Below the pieces are notes generated by a model. That model worked only from the letters and a program-made list of their open reading frames with translations. It did not search any database and was not told the origin of the DNA. A stretch of DNA of 64,000 nucleotides, from IMG/VR virus record IMGVR_UViG_3300045988_115074, positions 64,001 through 128,000 of that record, one strand, 5' to 3'. A program made the position numbers and the translations under genes. Origin of the DNA: a virus. Positions 25,880 to 35,377 of this stretch are shown here, in pieces (position 1 is the first letter of the stretch; every line of letters starts with the position of its first letter).

Positions 25880-26542
25880 ATGAAGAAGTTTATTGGAGCA
25901 CTGGTAGCAGTAGGCTTAGCAGCTACAGCTTATTCAGCTGAAGCAAAACCACATAAAGCAAAGAAGCCTAAGCGTACATCACACAAAGTGGTTAAACTTC
26001 ACAAGAAACACAAAGTGAAGAAACACCCACGGATTAAGAAACATGTGCGGCATCACGTGATAGCGAAGCATCACGCTGTGAAACAACATGTGGTAAAACA
26101 CCATTTTAAAAAGCATGTAAAGAATACTCACCAAAAGGTAGTACATGAAAAAGAGAATGTATCGCCTAATAGTGAAGTTGATATGTTGGCTTTGGCAATC
26201 CACAATGAAGCACGTGGTGAGCCTCGTAGTGGTAAATACGCAGTAGCTAATGTGATTCTCAATCGAGTAAAACACAAAAGCTTTCCTAACACTGTTCGTA
26301 AGGTCGTAACACAACGCGGACAATTCCAATGGTACCATAACCATAAGCTGCGCTCACGTACAGCACCTACTGAAGAAGCTCGTGCTATTGCGCGTGATAT
26401 CTACCAGAAACATGTATCAGGCCGTCGTGTCGATAATACTGGTGGTAGTATCTTCTTCAGCTCAAATGGTGTACGTCCTGCACCACGTGCTGTAAAAAGT
26501 GTACGTGTAGGACACCATCAATTCTATCGTATTAAAACTTAA
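25880..26542 (+). CDS. secreted SleB/Hydrolase_2-like cell-wall hydrolase (probable endolysin) with a His/Lys-rich polycationic linker
   Basis: Signal peptide MKKFIGALVAVGLAATAYSAEA; aa 23-89 are K/H/R-rich. The C-domain has LALAIHNEARGE, VANVILNRV and VVTQRGQFQW, typical of SleB-type hydrolases. Confidence 0.7.
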   Translation: MKKFIGALVAVGLAATAYSAEAKPHKAKKPKRTSHKVVKLHKKHKVKKHPRIKKHVRHHVIAKHHAVKQHVVKHHFKKHVKNTHQKVVHEKENVSPNSEVDMLALAIHNEARGEPRSGKYAVANVILNRVKHKSFPNTVRKVVTQRGQFQWYHNHKLRSRTAPTEEARAIARDIYQKHVSGRRVDNTGGSIFFSSNGVRPAPRAVKSVRVGHHQFYRIKT

Positions 26543-26555
26543 AAAGGAATCCAAT

Positions 26556-26840
26556 ATGGAAAAAGCAAAAATTGAAATCATCCGGAAAGACTTACCTACC
26601 TATATCTTAACCATCACTGGATTTGATTTGGATGAATATGTTTATACACTATCCAATTCAGAAGAATTTCCACACAGTGTAAAGTCCTATCCACACACTA
26701 ATACATTGACTATCAAACCACGCTATAGTAAAGAATCCATTACGGTAACATATGGTGATACCATAGTGTGGAATAATGTATCTATAGGTGTTATCTCTGT
26801 TTCTGAACTAATTAAGATAATGAGTGTAAAAGATGAATGA
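26556..26840 (+). CDS. hypothetical protein (94 aa)
   Basis: ORF with AAAGGAA RBS. Confidence 0.75.
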   Translation: MEKAKIEIIRKDLPTYILTITGFDLDEYVYTLSNSEEFPHSVKSYPHTNTLTIKPRYSKESITVTYGDTIVWNNVSIGVISVSELIKIMSVKDE

Positions 26841-27159
26841 AAATGAATTGATTACTTTCAAAAGTAAAGTCGAAGAATTCTTTATTAATTGTCAAGAAGA
26901 ATTCTCTGTGCGTTTACAAATCGAATCTGAAGTAAAAACATTTATTCGTAAGAAGATGTTGATTTACAAAGAACCATTCAAACAACGTCTGCGTGATTTT
27001 ATTGAAGAAAACAATGACTTGATTGCTCAATTAAAACATGCAAATCTTATCTTGACTAAATCACGTCAAGTAGACTTCTGTACCAATAGTTCAATGGAAG
27101 TATCGTTTATGTTAAATGGTAAACGCTATTTCTATTCTATTGAATACATCGTAGCTTAA
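26833..27159 (+). CDS. hypothetical protein (108 aa)
   Basis: 8-nt overlap with the upstream gene; weak SD. Confidence 0.7.
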   Translation: MNENELITFKSKVEEFFINCQEEFSVRLQIESEVKTFIRKKMLIYKEPFKQRLRDFIEENNDLIAQLKHANLILTKSRQVDFCTNSSMEVSFMLNGKRYFYSIEYIVA

Positions 27160-27171
27160 AAGGAAACTGTT

Positions 27172-27648
27172 ATGGTAATCCCTAAGAGTAAAAAGAAACA
27201 ACGTCAATTCTTTATTGAATTAAATTACTTAGAGAAAGTCAATATCAAAGAAGCAGATCGTTTAATTGCTTCTGGTTACATCGGTAGTGTAATTCGTGGA
27301 ATTGATGGATTGATTCGACAACACGGAACACGAGGTATTAAGATATTGGCTAAACGAGCACCTAGCATCAAAAATGATGATATTTTGTCTAAGTGGTTTA
27401 ACAAACACCGTGAGTGGGTGTGGGTTAATAAGCACCAATATAAAACACGCCCTCTTATAGAACTTAATCCTAACCCTAATAACTTTGCAGTAGAAGATTT
27501 TCATGATAGTCTAGAAAACGAAGGATGTTCCATTGGTTATGGTAATCCATCGAAACAAGACTTTGAATTAGAAGACGAAGAGTGGGATGCCACTTACCAA
27601 GCAGCATACGGAACAAAGGTTATTGAGTTCCAAGAAGACCATAGTTAA
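27172..27648 (+). CDS. hypothetical protein (158 aa), paralog of 27677..27994 over the N-terminal ~65 aa
   Basis: Basic N-terminus KSKKKQRQFFIELNYLEK ... GSVIRGIDGLIRQHG aligns with KNKNKRRKMFIEIRHLEK ... AGVMRGIEILMRSPN. Confidence 0.8.
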   Translation: MVIPKSKKKQRQFFIELNYLEKVNIKEADRLIASGYIGSVIRGIDGLIRQHGTRGIKILAKRAPSIKNDDILSKWFNKHREWVWVNKHQYKTRPLIELNPNPNNFAVEDFHDSLENEGCSIGYGNPSKQDFELEDEEWDATYQAAYGTKVIEFQEDHS

Positions 27649-27676
27649 ATCTTAACTTTTATAAAGGAAACTAAAA

Positions 27677-27994
27677 ATGACAATTCTTAAAAATAAAAAT
27701 AAACGTCGTAAGATGTTTATTGAAATAAGGCATTTAGAAAAGAAAACTGACGAATTAGCTAAATATTTAATCACCACTGGTAATGTTGCCGGTGTAATGC
27801 GTGGTATTGAAATATTGATGCGAAGTCCTAACGTCACCGGTGAAAGAAAGGGATTTACTGATATCACTGAATTTGGTACTAAAATAACAACGCCTCCCGA
27901 TACTACTAGTAAAGAGAGAATATCTGCCTATATCTCTACAGTAGAATATTCCCACAATATCCCCCTTGGTAAACCCTCCCCAACTAAATCTTAA
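27677..27994 (+). CDS. hypothetical protein (105 aa), paralog of 27172..27648
   Basis: See 27172; AAAGGAA RBS. Confidence 0.75.
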   Translation: MTILKNKNKRRKMFIEIRHLEKKTDELAKYLITTGNVAGVMRGIEILMRSPNVTGERKGFTDITEFGTKITTPPDTTSKERISAYISTVEYSHNIPLGKPSPTKS

Positions 27995-27998
27995 AATA

Positions 27999-28045
27999 TT
28001 TTAAACCTATACTACTACAGTGAAAAGGATGATGATTCCTTTCAC
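27999..28045 (+). promoter_or_regulatory. consensus promoter core plus leader hairpin (P8)
   Basis: ttttaaacctatactactacagtg, then gtgaaaagga/tcctttcac. Confidence 0.6.
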
Positions 28046-28081
28046 TATTCTTATTAACTCTTTATATAAAGGAAATTCAAA

Positions 28082-29044
28082 ATGAATAAACTGATTCTTT
28101 CTATCGCGGTATTGGCTGCACTGACTGCTTGTTCTAAAGAAGAAGCAAAGAAATCAAATGATGAAGTCATCAAAGAGACCATATCTTCTGACGACTTTAA
28201 AAATCTGGATAAAGACGCGCAAGCTATTGTATTGCGCGCCTTATCTGACAAAGAAGGTACTGGTGCAACTGAAGTAGCCAACAACGATACTTCAGGTAAT
28301 GTAGATGACACAGAACTCACACCTGAAGAACAAGCCATGGATGATGGTAGTGGTATTACTACTGAAGATAACGGTTCCACCATTCACTTTGGTAATGGTT
28401 GGACCTTGTTTAAAGAAGGTACTACTAACTTTGAAATTCGTAAGGTGGTTGAAGCAGCAGGCCCAGTCTATCGCTACGAAGGTGATATCGATGGTAACCA
28501 TGTTACCATGGCATTTACTTGTTCTCGCCCTAATGTCTCTTCAGTTGTGTTCATTACAATGGCTAATGGTGGTGAGTTCTCTGGTAATGGTTATGAGATA
28601 TTCCCAGGTCCAAATGGTCGACGTCGTTACTTAACTATTGGTCCTAATGGTGGGATTAACAAGGATAAGGATAAACCTAATGGTGCTCTGGATATTGCTG
28701 CTACAGCAGACCTTGAGAAGAATACCATCGGTATTAAATTCCGCGATGGTTTTGACTCATCCTCCTCACCTTCAATTTTACGAAACCCTAGAAGGTTCGC
28801 CCATTCAACTGACATGTCAAATAGCAACTTCATCTCCGCTTGGTACAATGGTCTGTATGATAATATGTACTTAGGTCGTATTGGTGAAGCTGAGATAATG
28901 GCAGAATATACTGTTCCTACTCCTGAAGTACCTGAAATCAATGGTAAAGTCAATCAGACTAAACCTATCTTGGTTTCCAGTATTCCTAAGTTGACTGTAG
29001 GTGATGGTAAGATTTTCAACAAACATCCTTGTAACTTCTTCTAA
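28082..29044 (+). CDS. lipoprotein (320 aa) with acidic linker
   Basis: Lipobox LTAC after a hydrophobic signal (MNKLILSIAVLAALTAC); full consensus cassette upstream; terminator at 29050. Confidence 0.8.
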   Translation: MNKLILSIAVLAALTACSKEEAKKSNDEVIKETISSDDFKNLDKDAQAIVLRALSDKEGTGATEVANNDTSGNVDDTELTPEEQAMDDGSGITTEDNGSTIHFGNGWTLFKEGTTNFEIRKVVEAAGPVYRYEGDIDGNHVTMAFTCSRPNVSSVVFITMANGGEFSGNGYEIFPGPNGRRRYLTIGPNGGINKDKDKPNGALDIAATADLEKNTIGIKFRDGFDSSSSPSILRNPRRFAHSTDMSNSNFISAWYNGLYDNMYLGRIGEAEIMAEYTVPTPEVPEINGKVNQTKPILVSSIPKLTVGDGKIFNKHPCNFF

Positions 29045-29049
29045 AATAA

Positions 29050-29089
29050 AATACTACTCTATCCGTGAATATATGGATAGAGTAGTATT
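29050..29089 (+). terminator. intrinsic terminator
   Basis: 15-bp stem aatactactctatcc / ggatagagtagtatt. Confidence 0.7.
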
Positions 29090-29128
29090 TTCTAAATCTT
29101 CATTTCTTTTTTACTTAAAGGAATCTAT

Positions 29129-30157
29129 ATGCAACAACATTTGAATACCATTCGTGAAATTTTGCAACATGGTGAAACTATTTTAACAGACCGTAGTGGT
29201 TCAGGTATGCGTTCTGTTATCGGTATTATGGAAAAGTATCCTCTTTTAGATGGTTCATTCCCATTGGTTACTACACGTAAGATTAATTTCACTAAAACAC
29301 TCCATGAATTGATTTGGTTTATTAAAGGTACTAGTGATGTTACTTACTTAGAAGAAAACAAAGTGCCTTTCTGGACGAAGTGGACTACTGAGCGTAATAT
29401 TCAAATCGATAAGAAACCATTTAAGACTATCGGTCCTATGTATCCTGAAATTTGGCGTAAACTTTCAGTAACGAATGTCAATGTAGAAGTAGGCTCTGAT
29501 AAAGCAGATGACCATATGGTGAGTTGTAAGACTATTGACCAATTAAAAGACTTGGTAGTGGGTTTAGCACGTGATATTCAATACGATGTTATCTCACGTC
29601 GCCACTATATCTCTAACGTTAACCTAGGTATGCGTCCATTTGAGAAACTAGACCCTATTACTAATGTTAAGATGGGTCATATGGCTTTGGATACTTGTCA
29701 CCGTGAGTTCTTTGTTTCTTTACGTCCTTTATCAGATACTGAATTAGACGAAGTAATTAATTATCGTGAGAATCAAGCAAAACAATTTGGTGAAGTAGAT
29801 AATCGTCCTTTACCTAAATATAAACTCATGACTTCTTTAACCATGCGCTCTAATGATGTGGCTATTGGTAAACCACACAATATTGCCCAATATGCTTGTA
29901 TGAACTTTATCCTAGCACATATTTTGAACTGTCACCCAGGTGAACACACCCACATGGTACATGATGCACACATCTATTTACCACACATTGAAAACATTAA
30001 AGAACAGCTAAGTCGTACTCCTTATCCTTCTCCTAAACTATACTTATCTCAACAACTCACTAGAGAGAAACTCTTAAGTGGAGATATTGATATTGAATGG
30101 TTTAAAGTAGTCGGATATCAGTCACATCCAGCTATTTCTTTTTCACTAGAAGGTTAA
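29129..30157 (+). CDS. thyA: ThyA-family thymidylate synthase (dUMP-specific by the Asn signature; several insertions)
   Basis: Aligns to E. coli ThyA motifs: DRSGSG, HELIWF, FWTKW, GPMY..WR, ISRR, LDTCHREFF (catalytic Cys-His), MRSNDV, PHNIAQY (Asn, not Asp) and HDAHIY. Confidence 0.85.
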   Translation: MQQHLNTIREILQHGETILTDRSGSGMRSVIGIMEKYPLLDGSFPLVTTRKINFTKTLHELIWFIKGTSDVTYLEENKVPFWTKWTTERNIQIDKKPFKTIGPMYPEIWRKLSVTNVNVEVGSDKADDHMVSCKTIDQLKDLVVGLARDIQYDVISRRHYISNVNLGMRPFEKLDPITNVKMGHMALDTCHREFFVSLRPLSDTELDEVINYRENQAKQFGEVDNRPLPKYKLMTSLTMRSNDVAIGKPHNIAQYACMNFILAHILNCHPGEHTHMVHDAHIYLPHIENIKEQLSRTPYPSPKLYLSQQLTREKLLSGDIDIEWFKVVGYQSHPAISFSLEG

Positions 30158-30170
30158 AAAAACTTATCAT

Positions 30171-30199
30171 TACAGCACACCCAAAATAGGTGTGCTGTA
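30171..30199 (+). terminator. terminator-like hairpin (no T-tail)
   Basis: 11-bp stem tacagcacacc / ggtgtgctgta. Confidence 0.45.
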
Positions 30200-30243
30200 G
30201 TGTAATAAGTATGACTATACGCAGATTATTTAGGAGATTTTAA

Positions 30244-30774
30244 ATGAAATGGATACAAAATTTATTAGATAATTGTGTCTATTGTAAATCACATAAAAAA
30301 GATTTATTAGTCATGATAATAGTGGTGTTTATTTTGAGTTGCTTTCTTTTTTTATCTTATATGTATCCTGATGGAGAAAGAAAATTCTCACATAAAGCAC
30401 GCAGTAAAACTGTTAGTTGGGTAACGCAGACTTATCCTGATAATAGAGACTCTTATTATCTATCGGATAATAAAGGTTTGGCTTTAGTATTGACTTGTAA
30501 GGATAAGAAATTTACCATACAGGACTTAAAAGCCATGACTATTTTAAGAATATCATTGTATGGTGAACAATATCCAATTTCTACTTTAGGAATGGATGAT
30601 GATTTATATAAAGTACCAGTGATTAACGATAATCCAAACCCTACTGAAGAACAGATTCGTTTTCTAAAGAAACTATCTACAGCAGACGTGATTACGTTTG
30701 AGTTTAAAAACATTAAGTACACTTGGGTGACAGACAATCAAACTACCCTGTCACGTTGTGTTAATCTAGATTAA
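30244..30774 (+). CDS. membrane-anchored protein (176 aa)
   Basis: N-terminal TM helix LLVMIIVVFILSCFLFLSYMY; AGGAG SD. Confidence 0.75.
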   Translation: MKWIQNLLDNCVYCKSHKKDLLVMIIVVFILSCFLFLSYMYPDGERKFSHKARSKTVSWVTQTYPDNRDSYYLSDNKGLALVLTCKDKKFTIQDLKAMTILRISLYGEQYPISTLGMDDDLYKVPVINDNPNPTEEQIRFLKKLSTADVITFEFKNIKYTWVTDNQTTLSRCVNLD

Positions 30775-30791
30775 TATAAGGATAAAGCAAA

Positions 30792-32309
30792 ATGGTAGAC
30801 AATGCAAATAAGCTAATGCCTTACGACCCACGAGTTACGGGTATTGATAACATCAATCGTATTTTGGAAGCCGCTGGTATTCCAGAAGAATTACTGGATG
30901 ATGTAACGATTGAATCTGTAAAAGATTCATCTAATCCAGAATTTAATGTATATCAAGACAAAGTAGGTAACACTGCTTTGAAAGTAAGTTACTCTGGTGA
31001 ATTGGCTAAGCTCACTAAAAAGACTTCTAACGTTCACTTCTACGACCGTGTGAAACCTATTCCAGATAAATGGCAAAACAAAATCATGTACGTACGTGAT
31101 TCTGAAATGGAAAACATCAGTATTGACCAATACATTAAAAATGTTTGGACTAATGACGGTTTCCCATTCTTAGGTGAAAACTTGTCATTTGACGTACAAG
31201 GTACAGCCGGTGGCTTGCGTTATGGTCGTAACTTAGTAGAAGTACGTCCTTCTGCTCGCAGTTATGGTTTAACTGGTGTGGCTTATCAAAAAGTACAATA
31301 CTTTGTCGATTTAGGTCACAAACAAGCTAAGATTGTTGCAGTAGTAAACCCATTTGTCAATACTGTACAAATGAACAAAAAAGACTGCTACATTGAGATG
31401 GTAGTACCTCCTGCTGTTACTGTTCAAGAAACTGAACGTCGTATTCTAGACCGTTATTTACGTGAAGCATACGGCATGATTCGCAGTAAAGCCATCTTAA
31501 AAGAAATCGATGATGAAGTTATCGACATCGTTCGTAATCCTAACTTCAAACAAGAGCTTCGCGCTCCTCAAAATGAAGAGCAATCTATTGAGAAGAAAGC
31601 TTCTGCTAACTACGCATACTCTTACTTGTATACTTTGTCTCAAGAACAAGTAGAAGATGAAGTATCTGCTGTAGTAGGTAATATTCGTTTGATGGTAGCT
31701 CGTGGTTACTTGTCTAAACTCTTACTGGATTCTAACTTATTCCCAGTAGAAGAAGAACAAGCTTATCGCTTTAAAGAAGATAAGGTGCGTAGTTTCGTAT
31801 TCTCTAAATCTAATAAAAACTTCGTAGAGTTTGAAATCACATTAGGTAAAGAGACTTCAGTTACTAATGCAGAACAAAAAGCTGAAAAGATTATTCGTAA
31901 ATTCTTAGGTGATTATTCTGTATTTGTAGATGTTGGTTTAGAGACTTCTGAAGCCAATCGCTTGATTCTTTCTGTTACTCCTAACGATAAAATCTCTGAT
32001 TATGTTTCTGGTGATGTTAAAGCCATTGTTAACTACACACTTCAAATTAATGGTGATGAAGATAACTGTGGTTGTGACCATAAACCTGAAAAAGAGACTG
32101 TAGTCGTTAAACGTAATTTAGGTGGTTTCTCTGGTGTAGCCCACTATGAAAAACCAGCTACTCCTGCTACACCAGTAGCTCCTGTAGCTCCAGCAGTAAC
32201 TGAAGAAACTGAAACAGTACACGAGCGTCCTGCTCCTGTTCAACCACGTGTTACTGACGTAGGTACTGCTAACTTAATCGATGCTTACCGTCACGGTAGG
32301 AATGGATAA
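30792..32309 (+). CDS. virion (fibre/baseplate-periphery?) protein, paralog family A member 1, Pro/Ala-rich C-terminal extension
   Basis: N-terminal NINRILEAAGIPEELL and C-terminal RNLGGFSG motifs are shared with 33770, 35400 and 38638. Confidence 0.8.
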   Translation: MVDNANKLMPYDPRVTGIDNINRILEAAGIPEELLDDVTIESVKDSSNPEFNVYQDKVGNTALKVSYSGELAKLTKKTSNVHFYDRVKPIPDKWQNKIMYVRDSEMENISIDQYIKNVWTNDGFPFLGENLSFDVQGTAGGLRYGRNLVEVRPSARSYGLTGVAYQKVQYFVDLGHKQAKIVAVVNPFVNTVQMNKKDCYIEMVVPPAVTVQETERRILDRYLREAYGMIRSKAILKEIDDEVIDIVRNPNFKQELRAPQNEEQSIEKKASANYAYSYLYTLSQEQVEDEVSAVVGNIRLMVARGYLSKLLLDSNLFPVEEEQAYRFKEDKVRSFVFSKSNKNFVEFEITLGKETSVTNAEQKAEKIIRKFLGDYSVFVDVGLETSEANRLILSVTPNDKISDYVSGDVKAIVNYTLQINGDEDNCGCDHKPEKETVVVKRNLGGFSGVAHYEKPATPATPVAPVAPAVTEETETVHERPAPVQPRVTDVGTANLIDAYRHGRNG

Positions 32310-32397
32310 CAATAATAAACCCTTTTGGGGCACTCACTAAGGGATACTTTTGTGTCCCTATTTTAAACATAAACTTTAAATTAAAGAGGTTATTAAA

Positions 32398-32952
32398 ATG
32401 GCTGATAAGTCTGAATTAAATAAAATGCTTACGGAATTTGCTGAGTTTTTAGGTACTGAAAATAAAACCTTAGCAGATGAGATTATTTCTAAAGTCAATG
32501 ATTTGAAACAAACCATCATGGGTGGTGAAGTTGATGAAGAACTGGACACTTTCCGTGAACTGATTGCTGAATTTAAGAAACTGAAAACTGCTTCAGGTAA
32601 TACACCTGAGTCCATCTTGACTAAGTTTACTGAAATTGAACAAAAAATCACTGATTTAACAGGTACTGTTAGCGCAAACAAAACTACAGCTGAAAGTTTG
32701 GCTAATACTGCTAAAGATACCGCAGATGAAGCAAAACGACTGGCTGAAGAAGCTAAAACTACTGTAGCTGACTATGCTGCTGTTAAAGCTAAAGCAGAAG
32801 CTGCTGACGTATTGTCTCAAGCTAACCAAACAAAACTTCAAACTGCTGAACAAAAGATTCAAGCCATTGAAGCTAAAGTAGATGATTTGGATATTACTGG
32901 TTTGGATGTCGCTGCTTTAAAACAAGCTTATAACTCTACTCGTAATGCATAA
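32398..32952 (+). CDS. coiled-coil protein (184 aa), possible fibre component
   Basis: A/K/E/T-rich heptad-like sequence throughout, embedded in the fibre-like paralog array. Confidence 0.75.
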   Translation: MADKSELNKMLTEFAEFLGTENKTLADEIISKVNDLKQTIMGGEVDEELDTFRELIAEFKKLKTASGNTPESILTKFTEIEQKITDLTGTVSANKTTAESLANTAKDTADEAKRLAEEAKTTVADYAAVKAKAEAADVLSQANQTKLQTAEQKIQAIEAKVDDLDITGLDVAALKQAYNSTRNA

Positions 32953-33052
32953 CTAGTTCTATAGTCTATTTGATAAAACAATCGAGGAGACTTATATAAT
33001 TGAATATAGTTAAATCGATTGTTTTCTCGAAAACAAAGAAGGGATAAATCAA

Positions 33053-33724
33053 ATGGCTAATCAAAAATTAAAAGAACTACTTATCGATACCATGAAGTTT
33101 CTGGGTGAAAAACATAAGGAATTGGCTAGTGTAGCTAAAGCTATTGCTGGTGATGGTTCACCAGAAGGTAGTGTAACAGCAACAAAGGGTACTGTTTATA
33201 CCGATAATCAAATTACGCTAGGTGTATCACAGTGGATTAAAACTACACCTAGTGGCAATACAGGTTGGAAAGTTTTAAATGGTGATACAGGTTGGGTAGA
33301 AATAACAAAAGCTACTACTAGAAAAAATAATAGTAATAAAGTTTGGATTAGACGAGTTAACGAGCGCGTAACATGGAAATTCGGTGGTGGGTCATTTGAT
33401 TGGTTTGGTATTGTTGCTCAGGCTGATAAAAGTTGGGTTGGTTTATATAAAGGTGGTAAAATTTACCACACGTATATCTGTTCCCCTATGTCTAATCTTA
33501 TCCCAGTAGGTTTTCGTTCACCTAATAGTTTAATTGGTCAATTCTATTCCGACTTAACCAATAAAGCTTATGGCGTCTGGAAGTTAGGTGGCGTTAACGA
33601 TAGAAATCAATTTCGTTTAGAGTTCTTCGACCAAGAAGATGCTAAAAAAGCAATTGATGATATTCGTTTTGATACCATTACTTACTTAACAGATGACCCG
33701 TGGCCGACTTCTTTGACGGCTTAG
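33053..33724 (+). CDS. small tail-fibre / receptor-binding-like protein (223 aa)
   Basis: Motifs common in phage fibre tip proteins: GSPEGSVTATKGTVYTD, GNTGWKVL, DTGWVEIT and VWIRRVNERVTW. Confidence 0.55.
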   Translation: MANQKLKELLIDTMKFLGEKHKELASVAKAIAGDGSPEGSVTATKGTVYTDNQITLGVSQWIKTTPSGNTGWKVLNGDTGWVEITKATTRKNNSNKVWIRRVNERVTWKFGGGSFDWFGIVAQADKSWVGLYKGGKIYHTYICSPMSNLIPVGFRSPNSLIGQFYSDLTNKAYGVWKLGGVNDRNQFRLEFFDQEDAKKAIDDIRFDTITYLTDDPWPTSLTA

Positions 33725-33769
33725 TATTATAAGTAGTTTTTAATTGTAAAACAAACAAGGATGTAAAAA

Positions 33770-35377
33770 ATGTCGTATAAGACTCCGTACAATATACATC
33801 GATCTGCTGGTATGAACATTGAAACACTCTTACTGAATGCAGGATATACTAAAAAAATCCTGAATGAAGACGATGTTTATATTCAGTTACTGGAAGACGA
33901 CACTTTGGAAGGCAATAATGCTAAACTCTTTATTGCCTTTTCTAAAGACGTTGCCTTGAAGATTGATAAGTCTAAAGTAAAAACATATAGTAACGATGCA
34001 CCTTTACCCAATGGTGCTAAATACATTGAAGTACCTGAATTTCAATCGCATTTAGATAATGCTACATTGAAACAAGTATACGATGTATATAAACGTGTAA
34101 ACTCTGAAGATAGCGTAGACTATGTTCCATTTAAGTTTTCTAAAGAAGACATTGTTAAAGAGTTTACAATTATTGAACACGAATTTAGTCGTCAGAAACT
34201 AATTGAATTAGCTAAAAAGACATCTAATCGTAAACCAAATACACCTATCATTTACGGTTATGTAAGAGAAGTACAAGCTACTCGTGAAGGTCAGGTAACA
34301 TACGAGAATGATGTACATTTAGTATTCCCTGATAAAGAGTCAGAACAACAAACTGACCCTACTACTAATTTAGATAAATATTACTCTTACGAACCTTTCA
34401 CTCCAGTATTAGGTGGTAGTAATATTCAGATAACACCAAAAGGCACCCATCGCTTCTTTGCACTACCTGAATCATTGCATATCCATGCTGCTATGGATTT
34501 GAATCTAACAGATACTATTTTGCAATATAATGCAATTAAGTTTGTAAAAGATTTTAACCAATCTTCTTTGAAAGATTTTGTTAAAACAGAAGTGTCTGTT
34601 GAAATGGATACTGGTACAGTTACACAGAATCCTGTTGTAGTATTCCATAAACCTAAATCTACTGTTTCAAACAAAGGTTTGTTTAGAGACGTAATTAAGA
34701 CCTATTATTCTGGTAAACGAAAAGACTTTTTCTTCCAAGAATTGTTGGTTAATATTACCGATGAAGTAACACCTAAAACAAAACTAGGCTACGACATATA
34801 CACTTATGGTTTTAAAGGCTCTGTATTAGAGGGCACGACAAACTATAAAGAATACAGTGTATATCTAGATAGCGAAGCATTAGCTGGCATTAAAGAAAAT
34901 TTCTACGACTTATTTTCAGGTAGATTAACGGTAAGAAACATTTGCCGTAATCTTGGTGAATTAGCTGATGAATTAGCTACTGTACAGTTAAGCACATTAA
35001 CTGATACTATTCAGTCTACACTGACTGATAGAGATGAAACATACAAAGAGAAATTTACTCAATTGAAATTCTCATTGGGTAATCTAAATGATGGTAGTAA
35101 AACACTTTTGGTTAAAGGTGAATTAATTACCAAAGAAAATACCAGCCAAGTATTACAAGACTTAATGAATGTATTACACGCTGAGTATAACGTTTCCTTC
35201 TATTTAGAAGAAAAAGCAACTACAAATACTTACGATGTTTCTTCTCTCACTAAACAGTATGTTCCTGTTGAAAATACTGATACATTGTTAGAAGGTGTAT
35301 TCAATATTACAGTTGAATACAATGATGAATCTGTCTTAAATAAAGAATTAAGCGGATTCACTGGTGTCGAAGAATAA
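33770..35377 (+). CDS. paralog family A member 2 (535 aa)
   Basis: NIETLLLNAGYTKKILNEDDVY at the N-terminus; KELSGFTGVEE at the C-terminus. Confidence 0.85.
   Translation: MSYKTPYNIHRSAGMNIETLLLNAGYTKKILNEDDVYIQLLEDDTLEGNNAKLFIAFSKDVALKIDKSKVKTYSNDAPLPNGAKYIEVPEFQSHLDNATLKQVYDVYKRVNSEDSVDYVPFKFSKEDIVKEFTIIEHEFSRQKLIELAKKTSNRKPNTPIIYGYVREVQATREGQVTYENDVHLVFPDKESEQQTDPTTNLDKYYSYEPFTPVLGGSNIQITPKGTHRFFALPESLHIHAAMDLNLTDTILQYNAIKFVKDFNQSSLKDFVKTEVSVEMDTGTVTQNPVVVFHKPKSTVSNKGLFRDVIKTYYSGKRKDFFFQELLVNITDEVTPKTKLGYDIYTYGFKGSVLEGTTNYKEYSVYLDSEALAGIKENFYDLFSGRLTVRNICRNLGELADELATVQLSTLTDTIQSTLTDRDETYKEKFTQLKFSLGNLNDGSKTLLVKGELITKENTSQVLQDLMNVLHAEYNVSFYLEEKATTNTYDVSSLTKQYVPVENTDTLLEGVFNITVEYNDESVLNKELSGFTGVEE

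Noticed and set aside
28305-28634. Overlapping alternative-frame and antisense ORFs within the lipoprotein gene (28305..28634 +, 28054..28383 -, 28627..28953 -, 28638..28874 +)
   Set aside because: They have no RBS and are fully nested in a gene with a clear signal peptide, cassette promoter and terminator.
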